This document shows positions 12,154 through 25,655 of a stretch of 64,000 bases of DNA, piece after piece. The notes beneath the pieces were generated by a model, which did no database searches, was not told where the DNA came from, and saw only the letters and a program-made list of their open reading frames with translations. The DNA is taken from positions 188,232,001-188,296,000 of the forward strand of contig OZ024741.1 in NCBI GenBank assembly GCA_964016885.1. The letters run 5' to 3'. The stretch's first letter is position 1. Every line of letters begins with the position of its first letter. A program made the position numbers and the translations under genes. This stretch comes from Eledone cirrhosa. Lineage: Eukaryota.

Positions 12154-12895
12154 CTGAAAATTAGAAAAGAAGAAACAAATTGATAGTAAGTTATTTAGAC
12201 TATTAGTTATATTTGTTTTGTATGGCTAGTCTTAGACAAACTTATGAGAAGAAACAACAAAGATATTAGGTTTGTATGACTAGTCTTCATCATACTTATG
12301 AGTTGAAAAAATTAATATATTTATGTGAGAAGCCTAAGCAAAACTTATATGAAAGGCACTGTTAATAATTTTCAAATTATTTTGAAAATAAAAAAAAAAA
12401 TTGATGAGATTTAATAATATAACTTAAGGGCGGTGCCCCAGCATGGCCTCAGCTGGATGGCTGGAACAGGTAAAAGAGTCAAAGAAATTTACTCGCCTGA
12501 TACTTTATTTTATCAACCTCAGAAGGATAAAAGGCAAAGTTGACCATGGCAGGATTTGAACTCAGAACATAAAGAGAGTTCAAATTCCACCAAGGTCAAC
12601 TTTGGCTTTATCCTTCCAGGATCAATGAAATAAAATACCAGTCAAGTACTGGGATCGATTTAATTGACTTTTTCCTTTCAAAAAGATTTCTGGCCTTTTA
12701 CCAAAAGTAGAAATCGTTATATACTGGTTGGATATGTTGGACAGATGGAATGGTGCACAAAACTCTAATAATTTATTAGTCATCAAGTTATCAAATTCAA
12801 ACACCACAGAAATGGCCAGCAAGATTTTATATCTAAACATCGTTCATAAATATAATAGTATTTATTTAAAGAGTAATGAGTTGATTTAACCTCAC

Positions 12896-13113
12896 CTGAT
12901 GGAAGGATCACTGTTTGACGTTATCCACACACCAGCAAAATTGTTGGAATGAATACGATTCTCTATAAACTGGCCGCGACCATTTTCATGAACATAGATA
13001 CCACCAGTTTGGCCATGATGTATTTCACACCGCATAACAGTCGGGTTAGCACCGGCCTTCACCTCAAAGCCAGCAATACGGTTATTGTGAATATCATTAC
13101 TTTCAAAAAATCC
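12896..13113 (-). CDS. FBXO11: FBXO11 internal exon (CASH repeat)
   Basis: ttccag|GGA...ATC AG|gtgagg. Encodes [72 protein letters not shown](R). Confidence 0.96.
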
Positions 13114-13718
13114 CTGGAAAATACAATTAAATTTCACATAAAAATTAAAAAAAGGTTAACCTTTCAGACATTTACTGTAGTTACTGCAGGAACTGGTGAG
13201 TTAAGTATTTAAGGATTTACTGACTAGCCTAAGACTCCATGACATTGAATTCTGTTGGCAGAAAGAGGTTTTTACAAATAGAAAATCTTTCAGTGGTATA
13301 CTAACCACCATAAAGGTTATGGTCTACACCACTATTAAAAATACTAACACAGAACCATGTTTAGATGTCTTAAACACCAAACATGCTTTCACATATAGGA
13401 AAGTCTTCAGTGGGATACATGCCCCCTCCAACTGTAGGCTATGGACTTAAAATCATTAAATATAAAATGTAACATGAGCCAATGAGAGAGAGCTTCAACG
13501 TTGCTTCTCAACTTGTTAAATGTAGCAGCCAAATTTTCCTCAAATTACATATCACTGTCTTGAAAAGAGTGATACATTGGATAACATAACCCATATACTC
13601 AATGTCTGCAAAAGAATAGGATGATCATGGCTAGAAAAATCACTGATCATAGATCTACTCAGTGAGAAGTTACTAGGGGTTAAACAACAACAACAGTAGC
13701 AGCAGCAATGTAACTTAC

Positions 13719-13856
13719 TAATCCATTGTCAAATGTGAATATGCCGACATCTCTTCCATGATGTATATGATTCCGCCGCATCACAGGATTAGCATGATTC
13801 TTTACCCAGATCCCTGCCAAAGCATTCCCACAGATTTCATTGTCTTCATATGTACC
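13719..13856 (-). CDS. FBXO11: FBXO11 internal exon (CASH repeat)
   Basis: ccacag|GGT...TTA|gtaagt. Encodes [46 protein letters not shown]. Confidence 0.95.
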
Positions 13857-14387
13857 CTGTGGGAAGAAACAGACTAGAGATGTAGTGAAGGTTAACAAGG
13901 GACAGATATGTTGGTCAATAGAACTACAGGGGATAACAAAGAACATATAAGTAGGAGTGAAGGAGATAGACATGTAGGTCAACAGAGGACATTAAGTAGG
14001 TCAACAGGGGTAACAGGACAGATACGTAGTCAGTCTATAAAGAAAAAATAACTAAAAAAAAACAAAAACAAAACTCGATTACCAACAAGGGAGGAAACCC
14101 ATATAAAATATAAAGGGAGGCAATTCCTTTTGTATTTGTAAATATTCATCTTTCGATTGAACAAACAAAAGAACACTGTCAAAAGGTGGGTAATTAAGGC
14201 TGGGATGCCTTTCATCATAAGTCTACGTGATCAGAGTTGGCTTGTGGCTAAACATCGACAACACTAGAATATTGAACATCCTTCTTTAATCTTATAACGT
14301 ACAAATTATCAATATGAAAGAAAAATATATATATATATATATTATTCAAAATATTAACAAATGAAGATATTCACATAATCAAAATAT

Positions 14388-14640
14388 ATGCTTTATTATA
14401 TATATTTCGAAGGTACTGTGTTGTTGTTTTTTTCCAGTACGTCCTCGTCAGATAAAATATATGATTTGATGTATGACATACCTCTACGGTCTTGATATTT
14501 CAATTCCAGTATTGGCAATACTGGAATTGAAATATCAAGACTGTAGAGGTATATCATATATCAAATCATATATTTCATCTGACGAGGACGTACTGAAAAA
14601 AAAACAACACAGTACCTTCGAAATATATATAATAAAGCAT
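14388..14640. repeat. Imperfect palindrome with a hammerhead in each arm
   Basis: Centre near 14515; the arms differ by several substitutions and indels. Confidence 0.9.
14573..14637 (+). ncRNA. Minimal type I hammerhead ribozyme (mirror copy 14391-14457, minus)
   Basis: TTT(C/T)AT-CTGACGA-GGACGTACTG...CAGTACCTTC-GAAA-TATATA-TA^-ATAAAG. Confidence 0.78.
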
Positions 14641-15716
14641 CATCATCATCATCATCATCATGATATATATTTTTTCTGTCTAATTGGGATAAGGAGTATA
14701 TTTGATATAAAACATTAATTGCTTCTTTTTAGAAATTTTTTATCCTTAAATTAGAAGTGTAAATAAGGCGGTTGACTTAGGAATCATTGGGTATAGACAC
14801 TTCTATCTATCTCACTCTCACGGATTAGACTAGGAATATTATACTTGAATCAATGTGGAAATAATGGCTATAGTAGCTATTATTGTCCAACTCCAGCTTA
14901 TGATCAACAGTGTTCCAGTCGTAATGATTCTTTTTTTTTTTTTTTAGTCAAAAACAAAAGTGTTTATTGTTGATTCGAGATAAAAAAAAATATATTGCGA
15001 GTTAGACGATACAATGCCGGTAATAAAGAGTTATTTCCCTTATAAAGTAATGCTATTTTTATACGAGTTATGTCCCTTGATGCAAGTGGCGACTTTCTTA
15101 AATAAGTGCGATAGTAGATATTAGTAAAGACAATTCTATGGCATTTAAGCTCTTGTCAAATAGAAAAGAGATGTAAATAAAATTAAATTACCCTATGTAC
15201 TATACATACACTTTTGATGAGTTGTAGTGCACCTGAGCACTGTACACAATATTTTCATTATTATTATCATTATTATAAACTAATCTTATAATTTTTTTTT
15301 TACCAGGTACAATGACACATTTTAAAGTTAAGCAAGTGATGTATTTGATTGTTATCGTCAATTTCTTACAATGTACCCTAGTTCCCTGTGTTGAACACGC
15401 TTTTTCTAAAATTAAAATAACTCTTGAAAATTTGCTGTGTGTCCTAGAAAATGAAAACGTCATTTAAGAACGTGAAAGTGGAGTAAAGAAAATGTCACAA
15501 TTTCAGGGTCTCCAAGACAGTTAAGAAGGAAGGTAGAAAGAATATATCCTCAAACTGGAAACTTGACCCAATGCTTACAACAGAGTGGACTCTGTTGTAA
15601 GGTGGTGGTGTTAAACCAGCTGATAAATTAAGTCTACCACCTAAATAAGACACTCTGTCACTTCATCACTTGTGCAATCAATTGTTGTAGAATCAAAGTA
15701 AAAGACCAATTCTTAC

Positions 15717-15823
15717 CTGTGCATGATCAGTGACATACAAGCCAACATTCTCGCAGTCTTTGATAATGCAATGCTTGAGGTGGGGGTCGGCCCCTATACC
15801 CGACACACAAACAGCAGCACCAA
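15717..15823 (-). CDS. FBXO11: FBXO11 internal exon (CASH repeat)
   Basis: ccttag|TT...CAG|gtaaga. Encodes (V)[35 protein letters not shown]. Confidence 0.95.
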
Positions 15824-17225
15824 CTAAGGAATGAGATAAAGACAGAGGCACCATATTAAACACTGTGTTTGTATAAAACAACTCACAAAGAATTCAATGT
15901 TAAAATTAATAAACTTCATTAAATGTCTAAATATCTGAAATGAGTTATTGTTAATTAAGTTACAATGTTTCATACTATTAACTTCATCTTTTCATATGAA
16001 ACATTTCTTTTTTTTTCATTATTTACATCACATTTCTGTCAGTTTGATCTTGATTGTCCTTAACTATTTCATTTTTTGATTGGTAGTTATTTTTGTTACA
16101 GACAGATCACCACTGTTTCCGATGACTTAATCAATGGTACCACCTGCTCGCAAAATTAACATGTAAGCGTCTGAGTATTATTCTTAATGTAATTCTCAAA
16201 AGATTCAGCGTGAGACAATGTGTGACAAGGCTGGTCCTTTCAATTACAGGTACAACTAATTTTTGCCACCTTTTATGCATCCATGTGAAATAAAGTGTCT
16301 TACTCAAGGACACAATGTGTCACCCAGTCAAGGAAGGTATAGGATACCTGATGATGATTGTAGATCAAACTCAATGAAACACATCATTATTTTATGTCTG
16401 TTTTTCCATGCTTGCGTGGATTCAATGAGTTCTCTTCAATACAGCTGCCTGCCACTTATGTTCCTTTGTTTAACTCCTCTCTGAGATTCAGTCCCCTGAG
16501 ATATGCTTTCCCCACTTCTGCTCATGTCTTCCACAGTCTTCCTCTTCTGCAGATTTCTTCCACTTGAATCACTTGGCACTTCTTCATTCAAATGTCATCG
16601 TCAATACATGTCATATGTCTGAACCAACTCAATCTTTTCCTTTGTACACGACACCTGATTTCTCTACATCCAGTTTTTCTGGGTTTTTTTCACCCATGCT
16701 CCACTGTTTGTGCTCACTAATAGTACACATCCACCAGAGTATGTTTGCTTCATTTCTTTCCACCTTTTATGCATCCACAACATCCACTCCCTATGTTTTA
16801 CTACTAAGCAACACATGGAATATAAAATATTGAAAAAAATCTCTTATCTCTGAAGAAGAGATTAATAGTCCAATATTCAATAATTTAATTAATAATAATA
16901 ACTCATAACAGATATTTGATTAATCTTGTTAATTTGAGGTTAATCCAGAAATTTATAATTATACTAGATAAAGTTTTGTTCATCTTTTGATAATTACAAA
17001 TAAAAAATACATAAAAAATTTTTTTTTAGAAACTATTTAACAAAACAGCAGATGAAATTTCTGAATATACTTTTATATTTTATTTTCATTCCAAAATAAG
17101 ATACAGTTATGTATAAAAGGAGACTTTTATGATTAAACTAAACTACAACTAAATGACATAAAAGAAATGAAAGGAAGAAGGGAAAAGAAAGAAAAAAGTT
17201 CAAAATTTTGTTTATATCTACCTAC

Positions 17226-17337
17226 CCACCGAGGTACTCTTGATACGACAATGGTCAATGGTAGGTGAACAGTTGTCCTGGACTTCAAGAGCATAATGTT
17301 TATGATGAGGGACAGATGAGCTGCTATCAGGTGAAAA
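17226..17337 (-). CDS. FBXO11: FBXO11 internal exon
   Basis: caattag|TTT...GTG G|gtaggt. Encodes FSPDSSSSVPHHKHYALEVQDNCSPTIDHCRIKSTSV; this frame is not in the ORF track. Confidence 0.92.
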
Positions 17338-19255
17338 CTAATTGAACATACAAAAAACAAAATTAAAAAATAATTTACATTTTAAAAAATTATAATTTTA
17401 ATTCATTTTAAAATAATTCAGAAACAAGAAATTAAAGAATGTTTTTATTTGTTTATTTATTTATTTAAATTATTATTACTGATTTTTAATGAAGAAATCA
17501 TAAGTTCAAGTGTATGGTCAATTTAATGACAGGAATAACCTTATCTTTGACTGTTTAGCAAGGGAGCCAAGGAAGAGCAATACCCATGGCTCTTTAAAGA
17601 GCCTCAGAAACTATTGGGAGGAAGGGAGAAAGTTATCTTCAAACTGGAAACAGCCTGAAAGTTTGCAACAGACTGAATGATGCTACAGGCACCCTAGTGC
17701 TAGGTGGTGGTGTTAAAGTATATAACAGATTAATTCTACCATTAATGTAGGCTACAGAAAGATGTAAACTGAGAATGCAGACTAAAAGAGAATGAACTTC
17801 CATCAGTTTCGATGAGTGTTCCTGTTGTTTAATTAACAAATCAGCCCGGCTTGAAAAATTAATGTATAAGTAGCTGAACATTCAATAGACACATATACCC
17901 TTAAGGTAATTCTCAAAGAGATTCAGCATAACACAGTGTGTGACAAGGTTGGCCCTTTGAATTGCAGGTATAGTTCATCCAATGGGCTTCCAAACAGTTT
18001 CTGTCAAAACAATTTCACTCACACGGCAAGGGTTGTTCCAGGGCTATGGTAAATGATACTTGTCCATGATGCCACACAGTAAGATCCAACTCAGGAGCTA
18101 ATGACAGCAAAGCAAACTCCTTAACAATTGGCTACATTGTGTTCAAAAGAATGCAAACAACTGAAATACCAGAAATCAGCTTAAACAATTCCACTAATCC
18201 ACAGCCCTCGACTGGTACTTTTTAATTTAAAAACAAGAAATTAACCTTTTTGATACCAACCTACTCAAAACTGGCTCTGATTCTATGAAACAATATCACC
18301 CATTTTAAAGGGTTCCTATTTATATTAAAATCTTCCATATTTAGAAGCATGTTATGTTACCATCTTAGTAATAAATATTTGATATTTTTAGTCAATGTCT
18401 CAAACTTCTTCAATATTAATTGAAATGAAGCATATTACATTAGAAATATGATCATAAAAAGATTAATGAATGATTTTCTATTTCATCACTGATCTGCATT
18501 CAAGTCCCATGTCTGAGAGAAATAGTGGGAATGTTTCATTAGAAAGCAGTATTTACAGAGTGCAATCCATATTGTGTGTGTATCTAAAATGGACTTTTCT
18601 AAACTTAACATAATGATGTAACTAAATAAAGAGTTCTTAACTCATGATGTAGTCACAAGAGCACTATGAAGATACACAGCATGTCTTGAGTATCTTAGGC
18701 ATTGTGGAGCCATCCCTTTCCAAGGGAAAGAGAGATAGAGGAAGAATCGACCCCAGGTTTATTTGGTATTTTAATTATTGAGCTTGAAAATATGAAAGGC
18801 AAGGTTGACCTTGGTGCAGATTTGAACTCAAAGCATACTAAGCCACAACAGATACCAAGGCATTTTTAATCTGACTCTCCTAACAATTCTGTTAATTCAC
18901 TGCCTTGACATGATGATGACAAAGACCAAAATTATATAATAGGAAAACAATTATTATTACATCAAATTGAAAAATAAAGACAAAGAGATTCAAATGAGCT
19001 GTGAAGACAATGAGATAAGAATATTTAAAAACAAAAGAAAGAAGCCAATTTAACCCTTTTGTTACCATATTTCCAATGAAAGATATTGTCTACGATTGTC
19101 AACTCATTTTGAAAATATAAACCCTTTAACCTTTCTATTTCATAATCTAATGTAAGAAACTGCCTATGATTTTCAAATTATTTTTTAGATAGTAAAAAAT
19201 TTGAGGGATTTAGTAATATAATTGACTTATGATGATGCCACATATTAAGACTTAC

Positions 19256-19362
19256 CTTTATTGTGATGTAACCAATGTAGGCTTCCTTTGCTCCTTCAGA
19301 AAATACTACAGTAGATTTAGCTTCACGTTCAATTATGACATGGTCTATCACACTGCCAGGAG
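19256..19362 (-). CDS. FBXO11: FBXO11 internal exon
   Basis: atttag|CT...AAG|gtaagt. Encodes (A)PGSVIDHVIIEREAKSTVVFSEGAKEAYIGYITIK. Confidence 0.92.
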
Positions 19363-19490
19363 CTAAATAGAAAAAATAGAACTTTAGAGTCATCCATTAA
19401 GTTTTAAATATTCTAACTATAATTTCGACAGACCTATTTATATGATAGTCTATACCAGAAATAGATTATTAGGTAAAAATTTAAGATTAA

Positions 19491-19711
19491 CCCTTTAGCA
19501 TTTAAACCGGCTATATCTGGCCAGAATTCTCTCACCTCTTTCTGTTCAAATCAGTTGTAACTGTCCACTCATACTGATGTTAAGGTATTGTTCTCAAAAT
19601 AAATAATATCAAAATCTCATAGATTTGATATTATGTGAGATAATTATGTGAGGTAAAGTGTTTACTGTGAAAATATATTAGTATATATAGAGTAATGTAA
19701 ATGCTAAGGGG
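19491..19711. mobile_element. piggyBac-type MITE
   Basis: TTAA|CCCTTTAGCATTTA...TAAATGCTAAGGGG|TTAA. A second copy lies at 57550. Confidence 0.8.
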
Positions 19712-19963
19712 TTAAGGTAACTTTTCAGAACATATGCATCATTGGGAGAAAATTTCTTTAATGGATCATCACATATTTTTGCTTCACTCAACACAATGAC
19801 ATCCCCTGTTTAAGCTTTTTATAAAATTGCAGTTGCTTTAGCAACCCTGTTTAGAAGTAGTTAATAATCCAAACATGGATAGATTGGTTATTTTTATAAT
19901 TATTAATCTGATCTTTGAAAATGAATGCACACACGCCCCCCCCCCCCCCCCCCACACACACAC

Positions 19964-20003
<40 letters not shown>

Positions 20004-20156
20004 TTAAGATTTGTTTGATCTTCCATCTTCATCAGGTTTCCAAATCCAATCTATAACTATTAAACACCCAGAAACAATTTTGTCTTTTCTTGTGGCTCCC
20101 AGGATAGAGAGCTGTTTACCGTAACAACAAACACACATACTTATATCATCATCAAC

Positions 20157-20220
<64 letters not shown>

Positions 20221-20230
<10 letters not shown>

Positions 20231-20432
20231 CAGATTAAAGTTTAAGCAAAACATTGCTGCTTTCACCCTTTTACGGGATCTTATGAAGATCCAATAAAAG
20301 GGTGAAAGCAGTGATTCTTTGATTAAACTTTAATCTGTACATATAATAAATATTTGCTCTACGGGTTTTTTTATATATATATAATCCTTATCAAGCACTC
20401 TTTGGATTTTAGTCTTCACATTTATTGTTACT
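20221..20432. repeat. Fold-back element (palindrome 20221-20347 plus 3' extension)
   Basis: Inverted arms are visible. Same family as 49230-49437. Truncated hammerhead-like GAAGA-TCC...GGGT-GAAA at the centre. Confidence 0.8.
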
Positions 20433-20650
20433 ATATATATATATATCAGAGTGGATGATCAAAATTACATCTAATCAACTTAGCTTTTTTTCCTCAATAA
20501 GATGAAACAAGTAGTGATATAATGGACTTAAACACTCAAAAGTAGTGTCCCAGCATTGCCGCAAGTCAATGGCTGAAACTGACAAACAAGTATAAGAATA
20601 AAAGGAAGACAAAAAAATCAACAGCATTGAAGATAATACTTGATACGTAC

Positions 20651-20777
20651 CTGCACCAATCACAGATATGTTACTATCGACTGCTAGATATTCTCCTTCA
20701 TATACACCAGAATGGACAAATATTAATGGCTTACTGTTGTCAACATAAGAAAAAGCTTTCTCCACTGTATCCACACA
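20651..20777 (-). CDS. FBXO11: FBXO11 internal exon
   Basis: ttcctcag|TGT...GCA G|gtacgt. Encodes CVDTVEKAFSYVDNSKPLIFVHSGVYEGEYLAVDSNISVIGA. Confidence 0.92.
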
Positions 20778-21084
20778 CTGAGGAAATAAGGAGTAATTTC
20801 ATAATTAGTAATTAGGAGGGAGTGGTAAATATTAATTAGTGAAATCATTAATTATGAAAAATAATTAAATAAAACAACATTTTGTATGGTAAAATATGAA
20901 AAAAATAAGAAAGAAAATAGCACAATAAAAAGTATCAACAACAAAATTAGAAAAAGGAAAAAAATATAGACAGAATACTATATTCGATAGAATATGACAA
21001 CTATACTATTGCTATATTGTAGACATTGTAGACTATTTCATCATTTATAACATTCATCATAATAGTAGTTTTATGTCAGCTTTC

Positions 21085-23780
21085 AAAGGTGGCTTGAGTT
21101 GGATGAGTTGTTGTGCTCGGAGTTAGCACCTCCCAACATAATCTAGTAGTTAGCAACCTTATAGTTAGGGCTAGACAAACCTGGAGGAGAAGAATATAGA
21201 ACTTAAAGAACCCATCAGCCAGTAACAAATTTAGAGGTTTGTGGATTGATGCTTTTGAGAGTAAGGAAGAGAAAATAGAGACATACAATATAGAAGAGCA
21301 GTGGGAATTCCTGAAAGACAACCTACTGAAGGCAAGAAATGAATTCTGTGCTTGGAGCAGGTCTCAAGGGAGAAGGAGAGTGACTTGGTGGTGAAAAAGT
21401 AGGGTAGATGAGACAATTAAGGCCAACAGACAGGTATGGAAAGAATGGTAGGATATGAGAAGTAGAGAACACAACCAGGAGACTAGGAGAGAAGTTAGAC
21501 AGCAAGTATGCCTTGTAGGAAAATATAAAATTTAAGCATGTTTTGCAATAAGGGGACCAAAGGCAAGAGGTGTTCAGGATTGGAAGGCAGTGTGTCGGGG
21601 AAAATTGTGATGTTGATGAAGAGAAGTGTGTTTGAGATGATAATGGCAATATTGCTGGAAAGAAGGTAACATGGAAGTGACATTATGAAAAATTACTGAA
21701 TGAAGAGAATGCATGGTAAGAAGATAGTTTGTCCGAAGTTGACCCAACAGAGGGACCAGTTGAACATTCAGGAGTATAGTAAGTAAATCAATCAAGGATA
21801 TGAAAACAGGTAAGGAAAGCATCTGGAATGGTGGGTCACCTCAAAGTCACCCGTATTGTAAACCAAATAATACAAAATAGTGTCATACACAATGACTGGT
21901 GTAGCAGCAGCATTGCCAATTGCTATAAGGACAAAAGAGATGCACTAGACAGAGAAAACTATAGGGACATTAAGTTGGTAACTGGGTTAGGAAGGTCACA
22001 AAAAAAGTTATAGCACAGCTGATTAGGAATCAAGTTAACCTATATGAGATGTAGTTTGGATTTGTACCAGGTAAAAGTGCCACAAATGCCCCCTTCCTTG
22101 AGAAGCAACTACAGGATAAGTACCTAGCTAAAGATAAATCCCTCTACTTGGCTTTTGTGGACCTGGAGAAATCTTTTAACAGAGTCCCCCGTTCCATTAT
22201 CTGGTGGGCTCTTAGAAAACTAGGAGTAGACAAGAGGCATGTGAGGGCAGTACAAACTATAGAAGAACAATCAGCAAGGTCAGAATTAACAATGACTATA
22301 GTGAAGAATTTAGCATCCAGGTCGGTGTCCATCAGGGCTCAGTTCTTAGCCCTCTCCTGTTTATTATCGTCCTGCAGGCTATAGCAGAGGAGTTTAAGAC
22401 TGACTGCCCATGGGAACTCATGTATGCAGATGATCTAACCCTTATGGCTGAATTAGAGAAGAAATTCCAAATCTGGAAGCATGGCCTAGAATCAAAAGGT
22501 CTTAAAGTTAACTTTTCAAAGACCAGGGAAATGGCTTTGCTTAGTGTGTAGGAAAGGAGTACGCAGAAATTCCATCCTATGTCCCAAATGCAAACTATGA
22601 GTACACAAGAGATGTAGTGGGATCTCGGGCAGGCTATCAAAGAATGTAGGTTTTTATATGCAACCAATACACAAGTGTAGTAAGTAGCAAGAGCCCACAG
22701 GATACTAGCTCCTTCAAATGTCCAGGGGGCTCTGTAGAAGTAGTAGATAGTTTCTGTTACTTGGGTTACCAAATTAGAAGTGAAGGAGGGTATTTTGAAG
22801 GTACACTAGCCAGAATGAGACGGGCTGAAGAAAGTTCAGTGAGTTACTACTGCTGCTAACTACAAAAGGTTTTTTCCTCAAAATGAAGGAAGATTGTATG
22901 AAGCATGCATACAAACAGCAATGTATCAAGGTAGTTAAACCTGGGCGCTGTGTGCAGAGGGCCTGTGAAGATTGGAAAGAAATGAAGCTTCTATGCTTCG
23001 ATGGATGTGTAATATACATGAATGGCAAACATAAATAAACTGAGAGAGAAATTGTGCATAAGAGGGATCAGATGCAGTGAGCAGGAGAGGAGATTGCATT
23101 GGTGTGGACATGTGATGCATATGAAGGAGAGTTGACCTTGCACAATTGCACCTCTCAAAAGCGATGACGCAGGACTGTGATCTCTGGTGTTATGCAGTAA
23201 TACAGAAGACCTGCCTTCCTATGTGCAGGGGTTGAGTCATATTTCTAGTATGTGCCACCTACCTCACCATCTTCACTCCCACTTCCTAACACTCCACCCC
23301 TCACTCTTCCCCCTAGATCTACCTCCCCTGTCTATACTGTAAAGTGTTCATGTAGGTGACATGACAAAAAGTTCCCAGCCCACTCTGTAATGTGTTCGTG
23401 TTGGTGACAAAACAAAAGTGCCCAGTCCACACTGTAAAATGGTCGCGTAGGTATCACAACAAAAAGCATGCAGTCCACACTGTAAAATGGTCTCATAGGT
23501 GTCATGATAAAAAGCGCCAAGTGCACACTGTAAAGTGGTCGTGTAGGTGCCACAACAAAAAGCACCCAGTCCACACTGTAAAGCAGTTGTGTAGGTGTCA
23601 CGACAACAAACACCCTGCATACACTGTAAATGTGGTTGGCGTTAGGAAAAGCCGTAGAAACCAAGTTAAAATCAGTTCTGTATCAGCAAAACACGGTCAT
23701 CCGACCTGGCTTGTCTCACAGTAGGATAGCTCTTCTAACTCATGCTAGTGTGGAAAATGGACATTAAATGATGATGATGA
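21085..23780 (+). mobile_element. Old degenerate RTE LINE with an expanded tandem array in the 3' UTR
   Basis: RT motifs AFVDLEKSFNRVP, HQGSV and MYADDL. About 7 units of roughly 47 bp at 23334-23640. Confidence 0.88.
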
Positions 23781-24251
23781 TACAACATTGTTGTAATTTA
23801 ATGTCTATTTTCCCTGCATGCAAGGGTTGGGCTTACAGTTTCTACATTACTTTTCCATGCCAGCATGGGTTATATGAGAAGTTATGAGATAATGTTTACA
23901 GCTGGTTGCCTTTTCTGATACCAACCCTCTTATATCCCCCACGGATATTGTGTACCTATTCTAAAAACCAGGTTAGATACATATATTTATATTTAAATAT
24001 ATATATATATAGTTTGTATGGCGTTTATAACCTATGTTTATAGCGCTGGTTTTTTAGCCATTGGAGCGCTTGCCAGCATGACTCTAAATTTGCGTTACGT
24101 TTCGCTTTTTCTACCCGCTAAAATCCGATTCTCACTGAATTTATATTTGTATTTATATATATATATATATGAATATATATATATATATAAATAAATACAA
24201 ATATTAAAACATCGGTAAGAGAATTTTTTTTATATCGATGTTTGACGGGCA

Positions 24252-24372
24252 TCCACTGATGATTTATAAGTGCCCACCTGCATATATTCCTAGGAATGTT
24301 GTGAAGGCTTCTGCATAACCCGGACACATTCTCCCAACTTGTAGAAAACTTATAATGAAACAATTGTTTGGA
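24252..24372 (+). ncRNA. Type I hammerhead ribozyme with a long loop 2
   Basis: TCCA-CTGATGA-TTTATAAGT...ACTTATAAT-GAAA-CAATTG-TT^-TGGA. Confidence 0.7.
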
Positions 24373-24547
24373 AAAGGAGATATATTTTAATTATGTCTCA
24401 TATAAAATAATACTACTGGTCTTCCGCAAAATACATATAGTTAGCACCCCAAACGTAAAATTGGGATTATACTAAGGTATATCCTAATGTTTGTTGAGTG
24501 AGATGGAAGCCAGTCAGAGTATAGCTTAAGGCTTTCTCTGTTAATGT

Positions 24548-24591
<44 letters not shown>

Positions 24592-24615
24592 TATACGTTA
24601 TTCCGGGTTGAGTCG

Positions 24616-24668
24616 GAGATTCCTGATGATTTCTAAAGAATGTAACAGTTCTAGTCCTGTAGAATCTC
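24616..24668 (+). ncRNA. Hammerhead ribozyme with a single core mutation (GAAA to GTAA)
   Basis: GAGATTC-CTGATGA-TTTCTAAAGAAT-GTAA-CAG..CTG-TA^-GAATCTC. Stem I is a perfect 7 bp. Confidence 0.6.
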
Positions 24669-24790
24669 ATCTATATTAAAACTATATATATATATATTAT
24701 ATATATATCATCATCATCAAACCGGTTTTTAGAGTCATACTGGTTTTTGAGGAAACACCTTTCCTCTATTCTCCAGAAAGCCAGGCAAGG

Positions 24791-24835
24791 AATATTGAAC
24801 TAGTTTCGATGTTGTTACATCTCATCAGCAATATT
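24791..24835 (-). ncRNA. Minimal type I hammerhead ribozyme, copy 1
   Basis: AATATTG-CTGATGA-GATGT AACA ACATC-GAAA-CTAG-TT^-CAATATT. Confidence 0.9.
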
Positions 24836-25256
24836 TACCTATCTTCCGGCCTCTCTAGAGAATCGTAAAAGCACATATCGTTATATGCTTTTTCTATGAA
24901 AATTAGTAGTGGGCAGACTAACTTGCATAGAGCGTGAGTACGTACCGGTTCAACGGAGACGATAAAAACAAATAACGAAACGAAATTAAATTTCGTTTCA
25001 TTTGTAACTGACTTTTGTATGACTGACGCTTAAACAATTAAGTTAAAAATGTACATCCACATATGTATACTGAAATACTAGTATGCATATGAATACACAC
25101 ACGTATACATATGTAGATGTACCGAGTTTTTCACTGGTCACTTTACTGTGAGTGTCCAGCTATTCTGTATGTAAACACACAGACAAACCGGTTTTTAGAG
25201 TCATACTGGTTTTTGAGGAAACACCTTTCCTCTATTCTACAGAAAGCCAGGCAAGG

Positions 25257-25301
25257 AATATTGAACTAGTTTCGATGTTGTTACATCTCATCAGCAATAT
25301 T
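25257..25301 (-). ncRNA. Minimal type I hammerhead ribozyme, copy 2
   Basis: Same sequence as copy 1, offset by 466 bp. Confidence 0.9.
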
Positions 25302-25610
25302 TACCTATCTCCCGGCCTCTCTAGAGAATCGTAAAAGCACATATCGTTATATGCTTTTTCTATGAAAATTAGTAGTGGGCAGACTAACTTGCATAGAGCG
25401 TGAGTACGTACCGGTTCAACGGAGACGATAAAAACAAATAACGAAACGAAATTAAATTCGTTTCGTTTCGTTATTTGTTTTTATCGTCTCCGTTGAACCG
25501 GTACGTACTCACGCTCTATGCAAGTTAGTCTGCCCACTACTAATTTTCATAGAAAAAGCATATAACGATATGTGCTTTTACGATTCTCTAGAGAGGCCGG
25601 AAGATAGGTA

Positions 25611-25655
25611 AATATTGCTGATGAGATGTAACAACATCGAAACTAGTTCAATATT
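25611..25655 (+). ncRNA. Minimal type I hammerhead ribozyme, copy 3
   Basis: Same motif; predicted cleavage after 25648 (GUU). Confidence 0.9.

Noticed and set aside
23334-23640. CRISPR-like regularly spaced repeats (also 57878-58300)
   Set aside because: Eukaryotic intron, no unique spacers and no cas genes. They are a LINE 3' UTR array and an anchored microsatellite.
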